Part shown: piece after piece, positions 1-10,242 of the stretch | Numbering within the stretch: the stretch's first letter is position 1 | How the letters are laid out: every line of letters begins with the position of its first letter | Program-made: the position numbers and the translations under genes | Notes under the pieces: model-generated | The model's database searches: none | Told to the model about the DNA's origin: nothing | Seen by the model: only the letters and a program-made list of their open reading frames with translations | From: Rhodocyclaceae bacterium | GTDB lineage: Bacteria; Pseudomonadota; Gammaproteobacteria; Burkholderiales; Rhodocyclaceae | Assembly: GCA_018261935.1 (NCBI GenBank) | Contig: JAGTRP010000014.1 | Coordinates: forward strand, 27,855-91,854 | Reading direction: 5' to 3' | DNA length: 64,000 bases

Positions 1-167
1 TGGGACAGTGCATGGCGCTGATGACCGAAAAGCATTTCCGCCACCTGCCCGTACTGGACTCCGACGGCTGCGTGCTGGGAGTCATCTCCATCGGCGACCT
101 GGTCAAGGAAACCGTGGACGACCAGCAATTCCTGATTGCCGAACTGGAACGCTATATCAAAGGCTGA
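1..167 (+). CDS. CBS domain-containing protein, C-terminal fragment (5' end outside window)
   Basis: Frame is open from the window edge to TGA at 165-167. Translation ...MALMTEKHFRHLPVLDSDGCVLGVISIGDLVKETVDDQQF... has the hPVhD-x-G-x-hhGhhSxxDh pattern of a CBS motif. Confidence 0.5.
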   Translation, partial: GQCMALMTEKHFRHLPVLDSDGCVLGVISIGDLVKETVDDQQFLIAELERYIKG

Positions 168-168
168 C

Positions 169-1011
169 ATGGATCGCGACGAAAATTTCCATTTCCGTAT
201 CCTCGAGGACATCGCTCAGGACCTGTCGGGCGATATCAATTTCCCGACCTGCCTCGACGCCGCCGTCGTCGTGCGCAATACCCTCAAGGACGCCAACGTT
301 TCCCTCGAGAAGGTAGCGCAGGTCATCAGCGTCGAGCCGCTTATCGCCAGCAAGCTGCTGCGTCTTGCCAACTCCATCCCCTACAACCCGTCGGGCAAAC
401 CCATTTCGGACTTGAAGGCCGCCATCAGCCGCCTGGGCTTCGAAGCGGTGCGCACCACTTCGCTGGCGGTCGCCATGGATCAGATGCTGAGGTCGCGGCA
501 ACTGGAAGTTTTCGCCAACCTTGCAAAGCTGACCTGGGAACACTCCCTGCAAGTAGCGGCCATCTCCCGTGTCCTCGCCCGCCGCCTCGGCCGGGTCAAC
601 CCGGACGAGGCCTTGCTGGCCGGGATGGTGCACGACATCGGTATCTTTTATCTGCTCTACCGGGCCGCCAAATATCCGGCGTACCAGGAAGACCAGGCGG
701 CGGTGGTGGAACTGGTGGTCGGCTGGCACGAGAGCATCGGGGAAAGCCTGCTGCACCTCCTCGGCCTGCCGGAGCGCATTGTCGACGCCGTGCGGGACCA
801 CGAGCGCCCCTGTGGCACCGACACCCCGTTCAGCCTGCGGGACGTCCTCTACTTCGCCAACCTGCTGGCCGGCGGCAAGTTCGAATGGCTGCCCGGCGCC
901 CCCGCTGCGGCCGACAGCGAAACCCTGGATCAGGATCGGGCCCGCTACGCCGATCTGGTGGCCGAGGCGGAAGACGACATCCGGGAACTGCAGGCCGCCC
1001 TGGCAGCCTGA
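169..1011 (+). CDS. HDOD domain-containing signalling protein
   Basis: ORF 136-1011. The ATG at 169 lies 2 nt after the upstream stop. Helical HDOD-type signature: VAQVISVEPLIASKLLRLANSIPYNPSGKPISDLKAAISRLGFEAVRTTSLAVA ... GMVHDIGIFYLL. Confidence 0.75.
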   Translation: MDRDENFHFRILEDIAQDLSGDINFPTCLDAAVVVRNTLKDANVSLEKVAQVISVEPLIASKLLRLANSIPYNPSGKPISDLKAAISRLGFEAVRTTSLAVAMDQMLRSRQLEVFANLAKLTWEHSLQVAAISRVLARRLGRVNPDEALLAGMVHDIGIFYLLYRAAKYPAYQEDQAAVVELVVGWHESIGESLLHLLGLPERIVDAVRDHERPCGTDTPFSLRDVLYFANLLAGGKFEWLPGAPAAADSETLDQDRARYADLVAEAEDDIRELQAALAA

Positions 1012-1032
1012 CCCCGGGCGGACGCAGGCTAG

Positions 1033-1911
1033 CTACTTCCTGTCCGGCCGCTCGAAACGGACAACCGAGCGGCCATCCGCCGTTTTCTTGGGAGAAGCTT
1101 TCCAGGCATGGCCATAGACCACTTCGAAAGTGGCGGGCAGCTTACCCTCGACCCGTAGCGCTTCATAGGCGGCCCGGGCCGACTCCCACAGCCGCCGTCC
1201 GGCGAGCCCATGGCGGCGGGACCGCATGGCGCAGGAGGCCCCCGCCGCCCGCAGTTCCGCCAATAGGGCATCGACGGAATCGTAGGTCAGCGTCACCATT
1301 TCCATATCCATCACCGGGTCAGCGAAACCGCAGGCCACCAGCATGTCGCCCAGGTCGTGCATGTCGATGTAGCGCTGGGTATGGGCGTAGCCGTCGGCAA
1401 AGGCTGAGCGCAATTCCTTGAGGGTATCCGGCCCCAGGGTGGAGAACATGAGGAGCCCGCCCACTTCGAGAACCCGATGGGCTTCCGCCAGGGCCGGCAG
1501 AGGATCGTCCAGCCAATGGAGAAGAAGGTTGGACCACACCAGCCCGGCGCTAGCGCTTTTCAGGGGCAGATGGACGGCATCGGCAGCCGCAAAGGCTGCC
1601 CCCCCTTCCCGGCGGAAAGGCAGCCAGCGCTGCCACGCCGAACGGGGCCGGGCGGCCGCCTGCAGCATCTCTGGCACCAGGTCGACACCGACATACTGGG
1701 CCTTCGGATAGCGAGCCTGCAGGGGCGCCTGACTGGCGCCCTGGCTGCAGCCCAGGTCGACAATGCGGTGGGGCTCGATACGGACGAAATCGAGGCGCTC
1801 CTGCATGCGCCGGTCGATTTCACGGGAAAAAAAATCGGCGCCGCTGTAATCGGCGGCGACTCTGGCGAAGCCGCGCCGAACCTGGCGCGGATCGACAAAC
1901 CCGGCGGTCAA
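1033..1911 (-). CDS. bioC: malonyl-ACP O-methyltransferase BioC-like SAM methyltransferase
   Basis: 292-aa ORF with SAM-MTase motif I (IVDLGCSQG). The TTG start overlaps the bioB stop (TTGA), so it sits immediately downstream of bioB. Confidence 0.6.
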   Translation of the reverse strand: MTAGFVDPRQVRRGFARVAADYSGADFFSREIDRRMQERLDFVRIEPHRIVDLGCSQGASQAPLQARYPKAQYVGVDLVPEMLQAAARPRSAWQRWLPFRREGGAAFAAADAVHLPLKSASAGLVWSNLLLHWLDDPLPALAEAHRVLEVGGLLMFSTLGPDTLKELRSAFADGYAHTQRYIDMHDLGDMLVACGFADPVMDMEMVTLTYDSVDALLAELRAAGASCAMRSRRHGLAGRRLWESARAAYEALRVEGKLPATFEVVYGHAWKASPKKTADGRSVVRFERPDRK

Positions 1912-2906
1912 ACCGCCTTCAGCCCCAGGCGCTGGAAGAGGACATCATCCTTCTCCAGGTCCGAGTTGCCGGTCGTTAGCAGCTTCTCACCGTAGAAGAT
2001 GGAATTGGCGCCGGCCAGGAAACAGAGGGCCTGCAGTTCGTCGCTCATTTCCGCCCGGCCCGCGGACAGCCGCACCCAGGACTTGGGCATGGTGATGCGG
2101 GCAGCGGCGATGGTGCGGACGAACTCGAAGGGGTCGAGGGGAGGCTGGTCGGCCATTGGCGTGCCGGGAACCGCCACCAGGTTGTTGATGGGCACCGACT
2201 CGGGGACCGTCTCCAGGTTGGCGAGCTGGACGATCATGGCCGCCCGGTTCTTGCGGCTCTCGCCCATGCCGATGATGCCGCCGGAACAGACATTGAGGCC
2301 CGCCTGCCGGACCTGGTCGATGGTATCCAGACGGTCGGCCTGGGTGTGGCTCTTGATCACCTGGCCATAGAATTCGGCATCGGTATCCAGGTTATGGTTG
2401 TAGTAATCGAGGCCGGCTTCCTTCAGCTTCTCGGCCTGGCCTTCCTTGAGCATACCCAGGGTGACGCAGGTCTGCATGCCGAGGGCCTTCACCTCCCGCA
2501 CCATCTCCAGCACCCGGTCGAGGTCGCCATCCTTGGGGCTGCGCCAGGCGGCCCCCATGCAGAAGCGGGAAGCCCCCTTGTCCTTGGCGACCTGGGCAGC
2601 GGCCACCACCTCTTCCACCGGCATCAGGCGCTCCCGCTCCAGGCCGGCCTGCTTGTGCTTGGCCGACTGGGAACAGTAGCCGCAGTCCTCGGAACAGCCC
2701 CCGGTCTTGACCGACAGCAGGCTCGAGCGTTGAATGGCGTTGGGATCGAAATTCTGCCGATGCACTTCCTGGGCACGCCAGATCAGATCCATCAAAGGCA
2801 ATTCATACAGGGCCAGGACGGCTTCCACCGTCCACAGCGGAACGGCGGAACGTGCGGGAGCGGCGACAGAAGAAACTTGCATGTCAGGAGACCTTGAGAA
2901 AACCAC
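1908..2906 (-). CDS. bioB: biotin synthase
   Basis: Radical-SAM cluster motif [11 protein letters not shown] and full-length BioB-like sequence (…[12 protein letters not shown]…). GTG start at 2906; alternative ATG at 2882. Confidence 0.95.
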   Translation of the reverse strand: MVFSRSPDMQVSSVAAPARSAVPLWTVEAVLALYELPLMDLIWRAQEVHRQNFDPNAIQRSSLLSVKTGGCSEDCGYCSQSAKHKQAGLERERLMPVEEVVAAAQVAKDKGASRFCMGAAWRSPKDGDLDRVLEMVREVKALGMQTCVTLGMLKEGQAEKLKEAGLDYYNHNLDTDAEFYGQVIKSHTQADRLDTIDQVRQAGLNVCSGGIIGMGESRKNRAAMIVQLANLETVPESVPINNLVAVPGTPMADQPPLDPFEFVRTIAAARITMPKSWVRLSAGRAEMSDELQALCFLAGANSIFYGEKLLTTGNSDLEKDDVLFQRLGLKAV

Positions 2907-2963
2907 AAAAAGACGGCGCGCGTAAGCGTTCGTAATTATGAATTATCGAGTACGTCGCCTACC

Positions 2964-3671
2964 GTGTCAATTCTAACCCAAGGCTTCGCCCGGCTCGGCC
3001 GAAAGGCGTTGCAGGCCCTCCTTCCAAACGCCTGCCTGCTGTGCGGAGGCGATGCCGCCGCCATCGTGTGCCCGGGTTGCGCGGCCGATCTGCCGCTTCT
3101 CCCCCCGAACCGCTGCCCCCAATGCGCCGAGCCGACCGCCCACGGCGAGCGGTGCGGCCACTGCCTGAGCCGGACGGTCTACTTCGATGGGACCTGCACC
3201 CTCTACCGTTACGATTTCCCCCTGGATCGCCTCATCCATGCCTTCAAGTACGGCGGCCAATTAGCCTTGGCCGGATGGTTCGGGGGGCAACTGGCCGACG
3301 CCCAGGGGAGCCGCGATTTCGATCGGATCGTACCCATGCCGCTCCATCCCGCCCGATTGCGGGAGCGCGGATTCAATCAGGCGGCCGAGATCGCCCGCAT
3401 CGTCGGCCATCGGCTGAATGTCCGCCTGGATGTGGACAGTGTCCGCCGAACGCGCCCCACGGCCTCCCAGGCTGAATTGCCGCTGGCCGAGCGAGCCGCC
3501 AACGTGCGCGGCGCCTTCGAGTGCTCGGCCGACCTTTCGGGCCAGCGCACCCTGCTCATAGACGACGTCATGACATCGGGGGCAACCCTGAGCGAATGCG
3601 CCCGCACGCTCAAGCTGCATGGCGCCGCCCGGGTGGAAGTCGCAGTGATCGCCCGGGCCTTGCGGAACTGA
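2964..3671 (+). CDS. comF: ComF family protein (phosphoribosyltransferase domain)
   Basis: N-terminal Cys pairs (CLLCGG, CPGC, CPQC, CGHC) and C-terminal PRTase motif LLIDDVMTSGATL. Divergent from bioB, as in many proteobacteria. Confidence 0.8.
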   Translation: MSILTQGFARLGRKALQALLPNACLLCGGDAAAIVCPGCAADLPLLPPNRCPQCAEPTAHGERCGHCLSRTVYFDGTCTLYRYDFPLDRLIHAFKYGGQLALAGWFGGQLADAQGSRDFDRIVPMPLHPARLRERGFNQAAEIARIVGHRLNVRLDVDSVRRTRPTASQAELPLAERAANVRGAFECSADLSGQRTLLIDDVMTSGATLSECARTLKLHGAARVEVAVIARALRN

Positions 3672-3684
3672 GATAATCCCGCTC

Positions 3685-5427
3685 ATGCTGAACAAGTCGA
3701 AAACGCTGCATCTGGTCGTATCCCTGGCCGCCATCGCCCTCATGGCGACGGTGCCTTTTCTGATGGCCCATCACTACAATCCCATCCCCACCTTTTTCCA
3801 GGAGTGGACAGCGGCGGCGTTGAGTTTCGTTGCACTGACCTTCCTATGGCGGGGAATCGGCACGGAGCCTTTGGATATCCCCGAAATCGCCCTGCTCCCG
3901 GTCGGCCTGATGCTGCTCGCGGCCGTGCAGTGGATGTTCCTGAGCGATGTCCAGACCGACCGGCTCCTGATATTCGGCTGCTACATGGTATGGACCATCG
4001 TGCTGGTCATCCTGGGCCGCCGGCTTGCCCAGACCTGTGGCCTGCAAGCCTTCGCCGACATCCTGGCGACGGCCATCCTGATCGGTGCCTTGCTAGAGGC
4101 TCTCACCGGCGGCATACAGCTGGCGGGGCTGGCGCGGCTGCCGTGGACTTTCCCTCATGTCGGAGGCGGGTTGCGGGGCAACCTGGCGCAGCCCAACAAC
4201 TTTGCCGACCACCTCTGGCTCGGCGTAGCATCGGCACTTTATCTCCGGACTCGCGGCCGGCTGGGCGTTGCTGCCACAGCCGCCTGTTTTCTCGTCCTGC
4301 TGCCTTTCGCGGTCCTTTCCGGTTCCCGCTCAGGCTGGCTCTATGCAATCGGCCTGGCGGTCTTTTCCCTGGCCTGGGCGTGGCGCCAACCCGATCGGGC
4401 CACGAGAATGCTGGCGCGCTGGAGCATCGGCGCCCTGGTAGGCAGTCTTCTTTGCCAACTGGCGTTCAACGCCAGCTGGGTGCCCGTTCCGGCGAATATC
4501 GCCACCTCCGGTACCAGATTGGCACAGGGCTCCTACGACTCCGTGCGCTTGGCCCTATGGCGCATCGCCCTCGACGCCTTCCTGGAGAACCCTTGGCTGG
4601 GCGCCGGTTTTGGCCAATACACCCGGCAGGTCCATCTGCACGTGCTCGATCTGATGCCATGGCGTTCGCCGGGACTTCCGGAACATGCCCACAATATTGT
4701 TCTCAATCTGCTGGCTGAAATGGGCTTGGCTGCGGGCCTCCTGCTGCTGATCCTCGTAGGGCGGTGGGTCGCCGGCCTACTGCGGGCTCCCCGTACCCCG
4801 GAAGTCTGGTGGATCATCGCCATGGCCCTGGTATTAGGCATTCATTCCAACCTGGAATACCCCCTGTGGTACGGCTTCTTCCTCGCCGTCGCCGCCCTGC
4901 TGGCGGGAGCGGGCAGCCGGACCAACCGGGTTCTGCAACCGGGCCGCTCGGCTCCTTACGCCATGGCGGCGTTCCTGGCCCTGGGGGGCCTGACCTTATA
5001 TAACCTGCATCGAGACTACGGCCTGCTGGAGGACGCCCTCAATGGCCGCCTGGCCGCCGCCTCCGCGCAGGAAGGGCGGCAACTGACCGAAGACGCCCTG
5101 AAGCGCCTCGCCCGCGAATCCCTGCTGCGCCCTTATGTGGATTTGGCGGTGGCGAACCTGATGGCGGACGATAGGGACAACCTTGAGTTGAAATTGCAGA
5201 ACTGCGACCGCGCCCAGCGCTTTTCGGCCAGCCGCGACATCGTTTTCAAATGTGCCCACCTCCTGGCCCTGGCCGGACGCCAGGACGAAGGCAGGTTGGC
5301 GCTCCGGCGGGCGGTAGCAGCCTACCCTGACCGGGCGGAAGAAGTGCTGGCGCAGTGGAAGAAGCGCAGCGCCGCTGAACCGTCCATCGCGCGCCTGGTG
5401 GCCGAATTTCCCACTATCGTCAAATAA
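3685..5427 (+). CDS. PglL/Wzy_C (O-antigen ligase-like) family O-oligosaccharyltransferase, polytopic membrane protein
   Basis: 580 aa with about 10 hydrophobic segments. Wzy_C-like loop SGSRSGWLY ... and motif PEHAHNIVLNLLAEMGL. Soluble helical C-terminal domain. 13 nt downstream of comF. Confidence 0.6.
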   Translation: MLNKSKTLHLVVSLAAIALMATVPFLMAHHYNPIPTFFQEWTAAALSFVALTFLWRGIGTEPLDIPEIALLPVGLMLLAAVQWMFLSDVQTDRLLIFGCYMVWTIVLVILGRRLAQTCGLQAFADILATAILIGALLEALTGGIQLAGLARLPWTFPHVGGGLRGNLAQPNNFADHLWLGVASALYLRTRGRLGVAATAACFLVLLPFAVLSGSRSGWLYAIGLAVFSLAWAWRQPDRATRMLARWSIGALVGSLLCQLAFNASWVPVPANIATSGTRLAQGSYDSVRLALWRIALDAFLENPWLGAGFGQYTRQVHLHVLDLMPWRSPGLPEHAHNIVLNLLAEMGLAAGLLLLILVGRWVAGLLRAPRTPEVWWIIAMALVLGIHSNLEYPLWYGFFLAVAALLAGAGSRTNRVLQPGRSAPYAMAAFLALGGLTLYNLHRDYGLLEDALNGRLAAASAQEGRQLTEDALKRLARESLLRPYVDLAVANLMADDRDNLELKLQNCDRAQRFSASRDIVFKCAHLLALAGRQDEGRLALRRAVAAYPDRAEEVLAQWKKRSAAEPSIARLVAEFPTIVK

Positions 5428-5442
5428 TGGCGATACCTTGGG

Positions 5443-6585
5443 TCAGCGAACCTTCCGATCCGCCAGGGTCATCAGGTCGGCATTGAGATTGCCGGCTTCA
5501 AGGGCGCGGCGGAAGGCCTGACGCGCGTCCTCGGCACGGCCGCTCCCTTCCAAGGCCTGCCCGAGCCCGAACCACCACCGCCCTTCCGCCGGCGCGATCC
5601 GGGTGGCCGCCAGGTAACGCTCGGCGGCTTCCCGGAATTGCCCCATCCGATGGAGGAGATAGCCCTGGAAGCCGGCATATTCCGCGCTGGCCGCGCCAAA
5701 CGACTGGGAGCGGGCCAGGGTGTGCTCGGCTGCGGCGAGGTCGCCCCGTTCTACCTGCAGGCGAGCCAGGGACATGGCCCACCCGATCTGCGCCGGCTGC
5801 TGCTCGACGCTTTCCTGCAGAAGGGCCATTCCTTCATCGATGCGGCGGGATTCCAGCAAGACCTTGAGCAACAATTGCCGGGCCGGAAGGTGGGTCCCAT
5901 CCTGCTTCAGGGCAAGCTGGAGCGCTTCCACCGGGGCCTGGGACGATCCGCCGGCAGCCAGCAATGCCTGGGCTCGCCGGTATTCGGCGTCGGCCCTCTC
6001 CCGGGGCGTGCCCAGGACGATGGTTTTCTCGATATTGCCGGCACTAGGCGCCGCGCTTTCACCGCCCTTCGGCTTCACCGCTGGCGCTTCTGCCAGGGGC
6101 ATGGCCGAAGCCGGCGCCCTGGAAGCGCCCGGCTGACTTACGGCCTCCCTGGCCGCGACGGGCGGCCTGGCCTGGCTCGGCGCCGGCCGCTTCTCCGCCG
6201 GGGAAGCCGGGGGGGCCTCCACCGACGCGGAGCCGAGTATCTGGGACAGACTCAAGGCTTCTTTCACGGCATCCGGAGAGACCTCGACCGGCGCCGTGGC
6301 GACAGGCGACAGCGCCGCCGGCGCCGCTGCCGGGGGAGTTACCGCCTTGATGGGGGCAGGCTCGGGGACTGCCACGTTCCGGGGCCACAGGTCGCTCCAC
6401 CACCACAACGCCCCACCGGCCACCAAGGCCGTCAGGAAGCTGCCGAGGACTAACAGACGCGACGCCATCGGCGAGGAAGGCCGCGTGCCGGGCAGGGGCC
6501 TGACGTCCCGTTGCAGGTCCCGTTTCCCGAGTTCGCCGGCTCGGCGCGCCTCCAGGTCGCGCAGCATTTCATTGATCAGGCTCAC
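5443..6585 (-). CDS. mshN: MSHA biogenesis protein MshN (TPR protein)
   Basis: GTG at 6585 gives the N-terminus VSLINEMLRDLEARR typical of MshN. One TM segment, an Ala/Pro-rich linker and C-terminal TPR-like repeats. Starts 1 nt after the mshM stop. Confidence 0.65.
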   Translation of the reverse strand: MSLINEMLRDLEARRAGELGKRDLQRDVRPLPGTRPSSPMASRLLVLGSFLTALVAGGALWWWSDLWPRNVAVPEPAPIKAVTPPAAAPAALSPVATAPVEVSPDAVKEALSLSQILGSASVEAPPASPAEKRPAPSQARPPVAAREAVSQPGASRAPASAMPLAEAPAVKPKGGESAAPSAGNIEKTIVLGTPRERADAEYRRAQALLAAGGSSQAPVEALQLALKQDGTHLPARQLLLKVLLESRRIDEGMALLQESVEQQPAQIGWAMSLARLQVERGDLAAAEHTLARSQSFGAASAEYAGFQGYLLHRMGQFREAAERYLAATRIAPAEGRWWFGLGQALEGSGRAEDARQAFRRALEAGNLNADLMTLADRKVR

Positions 6586-6586
6586 G

Positions 6587-7414
6587 TCACCACCACCCGG
6601 GGGAACGGGCCCCCTCCGTATCCTTGGCGGCCTTGCGGACATGCCGGGCCTTCACCAGATGCCGGCCTTCGCCGAAGGCGGCCAGCAGCGCCTTGTGGGC
6701 CAGGATATTGACCAGCCGGGGCGTGCCTCGGCTGGCCCGGTAAAGGGCCCGGATGGAACCGCCGCTGAACAGGCCCTCGTAGCGGTAACCGGCCACCCGC
6801 AAACGATGGGTGAGGTAGAGGGTGATCTCCTTCCGCGATATCCCCTGCAACCGGTAATGGAAGGCGATGCGCTGCAGAAGTTGCCGCACCGACGGCATGA
6901 CCAGTTTTTCGTCCAGTTCCGGCTGCCCGAAAAGCACGATTTGCAGGAGCTTGCGCTTCTCCGTTTCCAGGTTGGAAAGGAGGCGCAGGGCTTCCAGGGT
7001 TTCCAGGGGCATGGCCTGGGCTTCGTCGATGCACAGCACCACGTTGCGCCCGCCCCGGGCAATTTCCAGGAGGGCGAGGTTGAGCCGCTGCAGCAGGTAG
7101 TAGTCGTCGGTGGTCGGCATGACGGCCAATCCCAGTTCCTCGGCGATCGCCAGCATGAGGGTGCGGGGGGCCATGAAGGGATTCGGCAGGTAAGCCGACA
7201 CCGTATTCTTCGGCAAAGCCTGCAGCAACCGGCGGCAGAGCAGGGTCTTGCCGGTGCCCACCTCGCCGGTGATCTTGACGAACCCCTCGCCGCCGCCCAG
7301 GGCTACCAAAAGGGTGTTAAGGGCTTCCTGGTGGCTCTGGCTGCTGAAAGCATAGGCGGTGTCGGGGGTAATGCCGAACGGCAATTCCGTCAGGCCGAAA
7401 TGTTCAAGGTACAC
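6587..7414 (-). CDS. mshM: MSHA biogenesis protein MshM (ExeA-like AAA+ ATPase)
   Basis: GTG at 7414 gives VYLEHFGLTELPF (ExeA/MshM N-terminus). Walker A GEVGTGKT and Walker B VVLCIDEAQ. The longer track ORF (to 7603) would overlap the mshL 3' end. Confidence 0.8.
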   Translation of the reverse strand: MYLEHFGLTELPFGITPDTAYAFSSQSHQEALNTLLVALGGGEGFVKITGEVGTGKTLLCRRLLQALPKNTVSAYLPNPFMAPRTLMLAIAEELGLAVMPTTDDYYLLQRLNLALLEIARGGRNVVLCIDEAQAMPLETLEALRLLSNLETEKRKLLQIVLFGQPELDEKLVMPSVRQLLQRIAFHYRLQGISRKEITLYLTHRLRVAGYRYEGLFSGGSIRALYRASRGTPRLVNILAHKALLAAFGEGRHLVKARHVRKAAKDTEGARSPGWW

Positions 7415-7433
7415 GAATGCCTCGTCTAATCCA

Positions 7434-9194
7434 TCACTGCGGTTGCCGCCAGGGCGCCTTACGCGGATCCAGCGCCTGCAGCCGCTCCTGAGCCTCCGCC
7501 AGATCCTCCCGCCAGGAACTCCCATCCTGGATGACCGTCGCCTTGATGAGAATGACCAGCTCCCGCTTGTTGGCGACGGCGGACTTCTGCCCGAATACGG
7601 CACCGACGACCGGCGCCCGGCTGATGCCCGGCAGCCCGTTGCGGTCGTTGGACTGCCGCTGGCTCATCAGTCCGCCGATGGCGACAATGTGGCCGTCCTG
7701 CACCCGGACGATGGAGTCGCTCTCGTTGATGCTGCTGGAAGCCAGCGGCAGGGTGAAGGTCCCCAGGGTGCCCAGGTCCACCGCCTTGGATTTTTCCTCC
7801 ACCACCGTCACCACCGGATGGACATGGAGGGTGATATTGCCGTCGTCGTCGATCTGGGGCGTCACATCGAGGGCGATGCCGGAGAAGAAAGGCTGCAGCG
7901 TGACCGTGGGTGTGGTGATGGTGCTCGTGCCGCTGGCGGTGGTGGAGGTGGAAATGTTGGTCACGAAATAGTTGTCCTCGCCGACCTTGAGCACGGCCTT
8001 CTGGTTGTTGAGGGCGGCGATGCGGGGACTGGAGAGGACCTGGACATCCCCCTGGGTTTCCAGGAAGGAAAGCATGGCCGCGAAATCCCCGGACTGGAAA
8101 GCCAGGCCGAAGAAACCCTTGCCCAGGGCCTGGGTCATTAGCGCGCCGGCCTTGCCCGGCAGGGCGGCCACACCGGTGCCCGTGCCGATGCCGGCCGCGG
8201 AACCGACCAGGGCACCGGTCGCACCCAGGGTGGTGCCGGGCGCCACAACGCCGCCGGCCCAGCGCTGGTCGTGGCCGCTGAACTTGGCCCAGTTGATGCC
8301 GGTCTGGAAGGACTCGTTGAGCTGCACGTCGAGGATTTTCGCCTCCAGCATGACCTGGCGCTCCACCATCAGCTGGGTGGCCTTGAGGTAGCCTTCCACC
8401 GCCCGCAACTCGGCCGGCATGGCCTTGACCAGCACCACGCCGGACATGGCGTTGAGGATGACGTTGCGCCCATCTCCGGTGCCGACGATGGTTTCCAGGG
8501 CTTTTTGCAAGTCGCGCCAGAAATCGTTGTCGGATGAGGTCCGCACCCGGCTCGAATCAGAACCGCCCATGGGCAGGGACCCGGGGGCGCCGGGGGTTGC
8601 CCCCGCCGGCATCGCCGGAGTGGCCGCTCCGGTCGTCCCGCCCGTGGAGCCGCTGGGATTGGCCACGGTGGGCGAACTCGAGGTAATGCGCATGTCACTC
8701 GTTCCCTGGCGCCGACCGACCAGATAATTGATCTGGTAGATGCGGGACTGTAGGGTGTTGGGCTGGATGACGATGCGGCTGCCCTGGAACTTGTATTCGT
8801 AGCCATAGATCTCCCGGATGGCTTCCAGGGCCTCGCGCACCGTGACGCTCTTCAGGTTGATGGTCACCGTACCCGACAGCTCGGGCGGGAACAGCATGCT
8901 GTAACGGGTGCCGGACACCAGGGCCATGAACACCTGGCTGGCCGGCGCGTTGTTAACCGCCAGGTCGAAGCGGGGCTCCGGCACCGGCTTCGGGGCCGGA
9001 GCCGGCGGCTCCAATTGCAGGGGCGGCATCATGGCCTTGCCCACCGCGTCGCTGGCGGCTACCCGGGGCTTGCTCTCCGCCGCCTCCTTCAGTTCCTGGC
9101 CGATGCGATCGAAGGTCTCGCCGGGACGGGTCTGCGGGCCGCCGCAGGCCGCCAGCAGGATGGCGCCGAGGATGGCGATCCAGGCGTTTCTCAT
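7434..9194 (-). CDS. mshL: pilus secretin MshL (GspD/PilQ superfamily lipoprotein)
   Basis: Lipoprotein signal MRNAWIAILGAILLAAC. C-terminal secretin core (VLSSPRIAALNNQKAVLKVGEDNYFV ... GLPGISRAPVVGAVFG ... ELVILIKATVI). Confidence 0.85.
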   Translation of the reverse strand: MRNAWIAILGAILLAACGGPQTRPGETFDRIGQELKEAAESKPRVAASDAVGKAMMPPLQLEPPAPAPKPVPEPRFDLAVNNAPASQVFMALVSGTRYSMLFPPELSGTVTINLKSVTVREALEAIREIYGYEYKFQGSRIVIQPNTLQSRIYQINYLVGRRQGTSDMRITSSSPTVANPSGSTGGTTGAATPAMPAGATPGAPGSLPMGGSDSSRVRTSSDNDFWRDLQKALETIVGTGDGRNVILNAMSGVVLVKAMPAELRAVEGYLKATQLMVERQVMLEAKILDVQLNESFQTGINWAKFSGHDQRWAGGVVAPGTTLGATGALVGSAAGIGTGTGVAALPGKAGALMTQALGKGFFGLAFQSGDFAAMLSFLETQGDVQVLSSPRIAALNNQKAVLKVGEDNYFVTNISTSTTASGTSTITTPTVTLQPFFSGIALDVTPQIDDDGNITLHVHPVVTVVEEKSKAVDLGTLGTFTLPLASSSINESDSIVRVQDGHIVAIGGLMSQRQSNDRNGLPGISRAPVVGAVFGQKSAVANKRELVILIKATVIQDGSSWREDLAEAQERLQALDPRKAPWRQPQ

Positions 9195-9565
9195 GGTTTT
9201 TTCCTTTTTCCGTTGCCCACCGCGGCGGCATTCCCCATCTCGTACAGCTTGCTCACCTCGGGGGTGAGAGGCAGGCGCTCCGTCCCTTTAGGTCCCTGCA
9301 GCACTGCCTCTGTCTCGCTCAGGCGGACCAGGCGCGACTCCCCTATTTTTTCTCCCAGGCGCACCACCATGCCATTGATGATGGCCGTCGGCCTGCCGCC
9401 CCGGGGGCTCAGGACCGATTGCAGGCGCCATTCTCCCTGGGCGCCCTCGGACGTACCAGCGCTCGCCGATACGCCGGCCGGCCGGGTCGGATCGACCAAG
9501 GCGGTCGTGTCGGCGGCAGCTCCAGCGGCCACCAAGCTAAACAACAGGATCGCCAAATTTCTCAT
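9191..9565 (-). CDS. mshK: MSHA biogenesis protein MshK-like (small periplasmic protein)
   Basis: ATG at 9565 overlaps the mshJ stop (ATGA). Signal peptide MRNLAILLFSLVAAGAAA. Motif TAIINGMVVRLGEKIGESRLVRL resembles MshK. ATGA overlap with the mshL start. Confidence 0.55.
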   Translation of the reverse strand: MRNLAILLFSLVAAGAAADTTALVDPTRPAGVSASAGTSEGAQGEWRLQSVLSPRGGRPTAIINGMVVRLGEKIGESRLVRLSETEAVLQGPKGTERLPLTPEVSKLYEMGNAAAVGNGKRKKP

Positions 9566-10242
9566 AGCGCCAGCCATGCCTTATCGGAGCCCAGGGTATA
9601 AACGGTGATGGTCAGCTCCGATCTGGGGTATTCCACCACTGAAAACTGCAGCGGTCCCCAAAGAATCTTCCTGTCGGCCTTTTCCAGCTGGTCGATATAG
9701 GCCAGCAGCTCCAGGTAGCCGCCTTCCAGACGCAGTTCGACCCCGTGCCTGTAGATGTCGAACTGGCGGGCCGGAGCCGGCTTGCCATCAGCCGCCGTTT
9801 GGGGCGCCACGATGCTTTCCGGCGCCAAGGTCTTCAGGCTCAACAATCGCAGGCTTTTATGGCCGGACAGGAGGCGCTCCAGGAAGTCGTTCATTTCCTC
9901 CGGGGGCACCAGCGTGTCCCGCAGCCGCTTCAGGCGCTCGTCCGCCCCTTCCAGCCGGTGCTTGATCGCCACGAGCTCCGCCTTCTTCGCCCTGTCCGGG
10001 TCCGCTTGGGTCTGGGCCTGGAGCCCGGCCGCCTGGGACCGGAGGTCCGCCATCGTCGCATGTTGTTGGTCGATGGTCCGACGCAGATTCTTGGCGCGGA
10101 GAAACTGGGGTTCCACCACCAGCGTGTAGCCGGCCAGCAACGGCCCGAAGACGGCAGCCGCCGCGATCAAGCGCCTTTCCCGCAGGGAGAAGGCATTGTA
10201 GCGTGCCGCCAGGCTTGTCCACGGCTTTCCCAGGAATTTCAT
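9562..10242 (-). CDS. mshJ: MSHA biogenesis protein MshJ (PilO-like)
   Basis: Internal ATG at 10242 (MKFLGKPWTSLAARYNAFSLRERRL...). One TM segment, a coiled coil, then a PilO-like C-terminus. ATGA overlap with the upstream gene. The 479-aa track ORF is an unsupported 5' extension. Confidence 0.6.
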   Translation of the reverse strand: MKFLGKPWTSLAARYNAFSLRERRLIAAAAVFGPLLAGYTLVVEPQFLRAKNLRRTIDQQHATMADLRSQAAGLQAQTQADPDRAKKAELVAIKHRLEGADERLKRLRDTLVPPEEMNDFLERLLSGHKSLRLLSLKTLAPESIVAPQTAADGKPAPARQFDIYRHGVELRLEGGYLELLAYIDQLEKADRKILWGPLQFSVVEYPRSELTITVYTLGSDKAWLAL

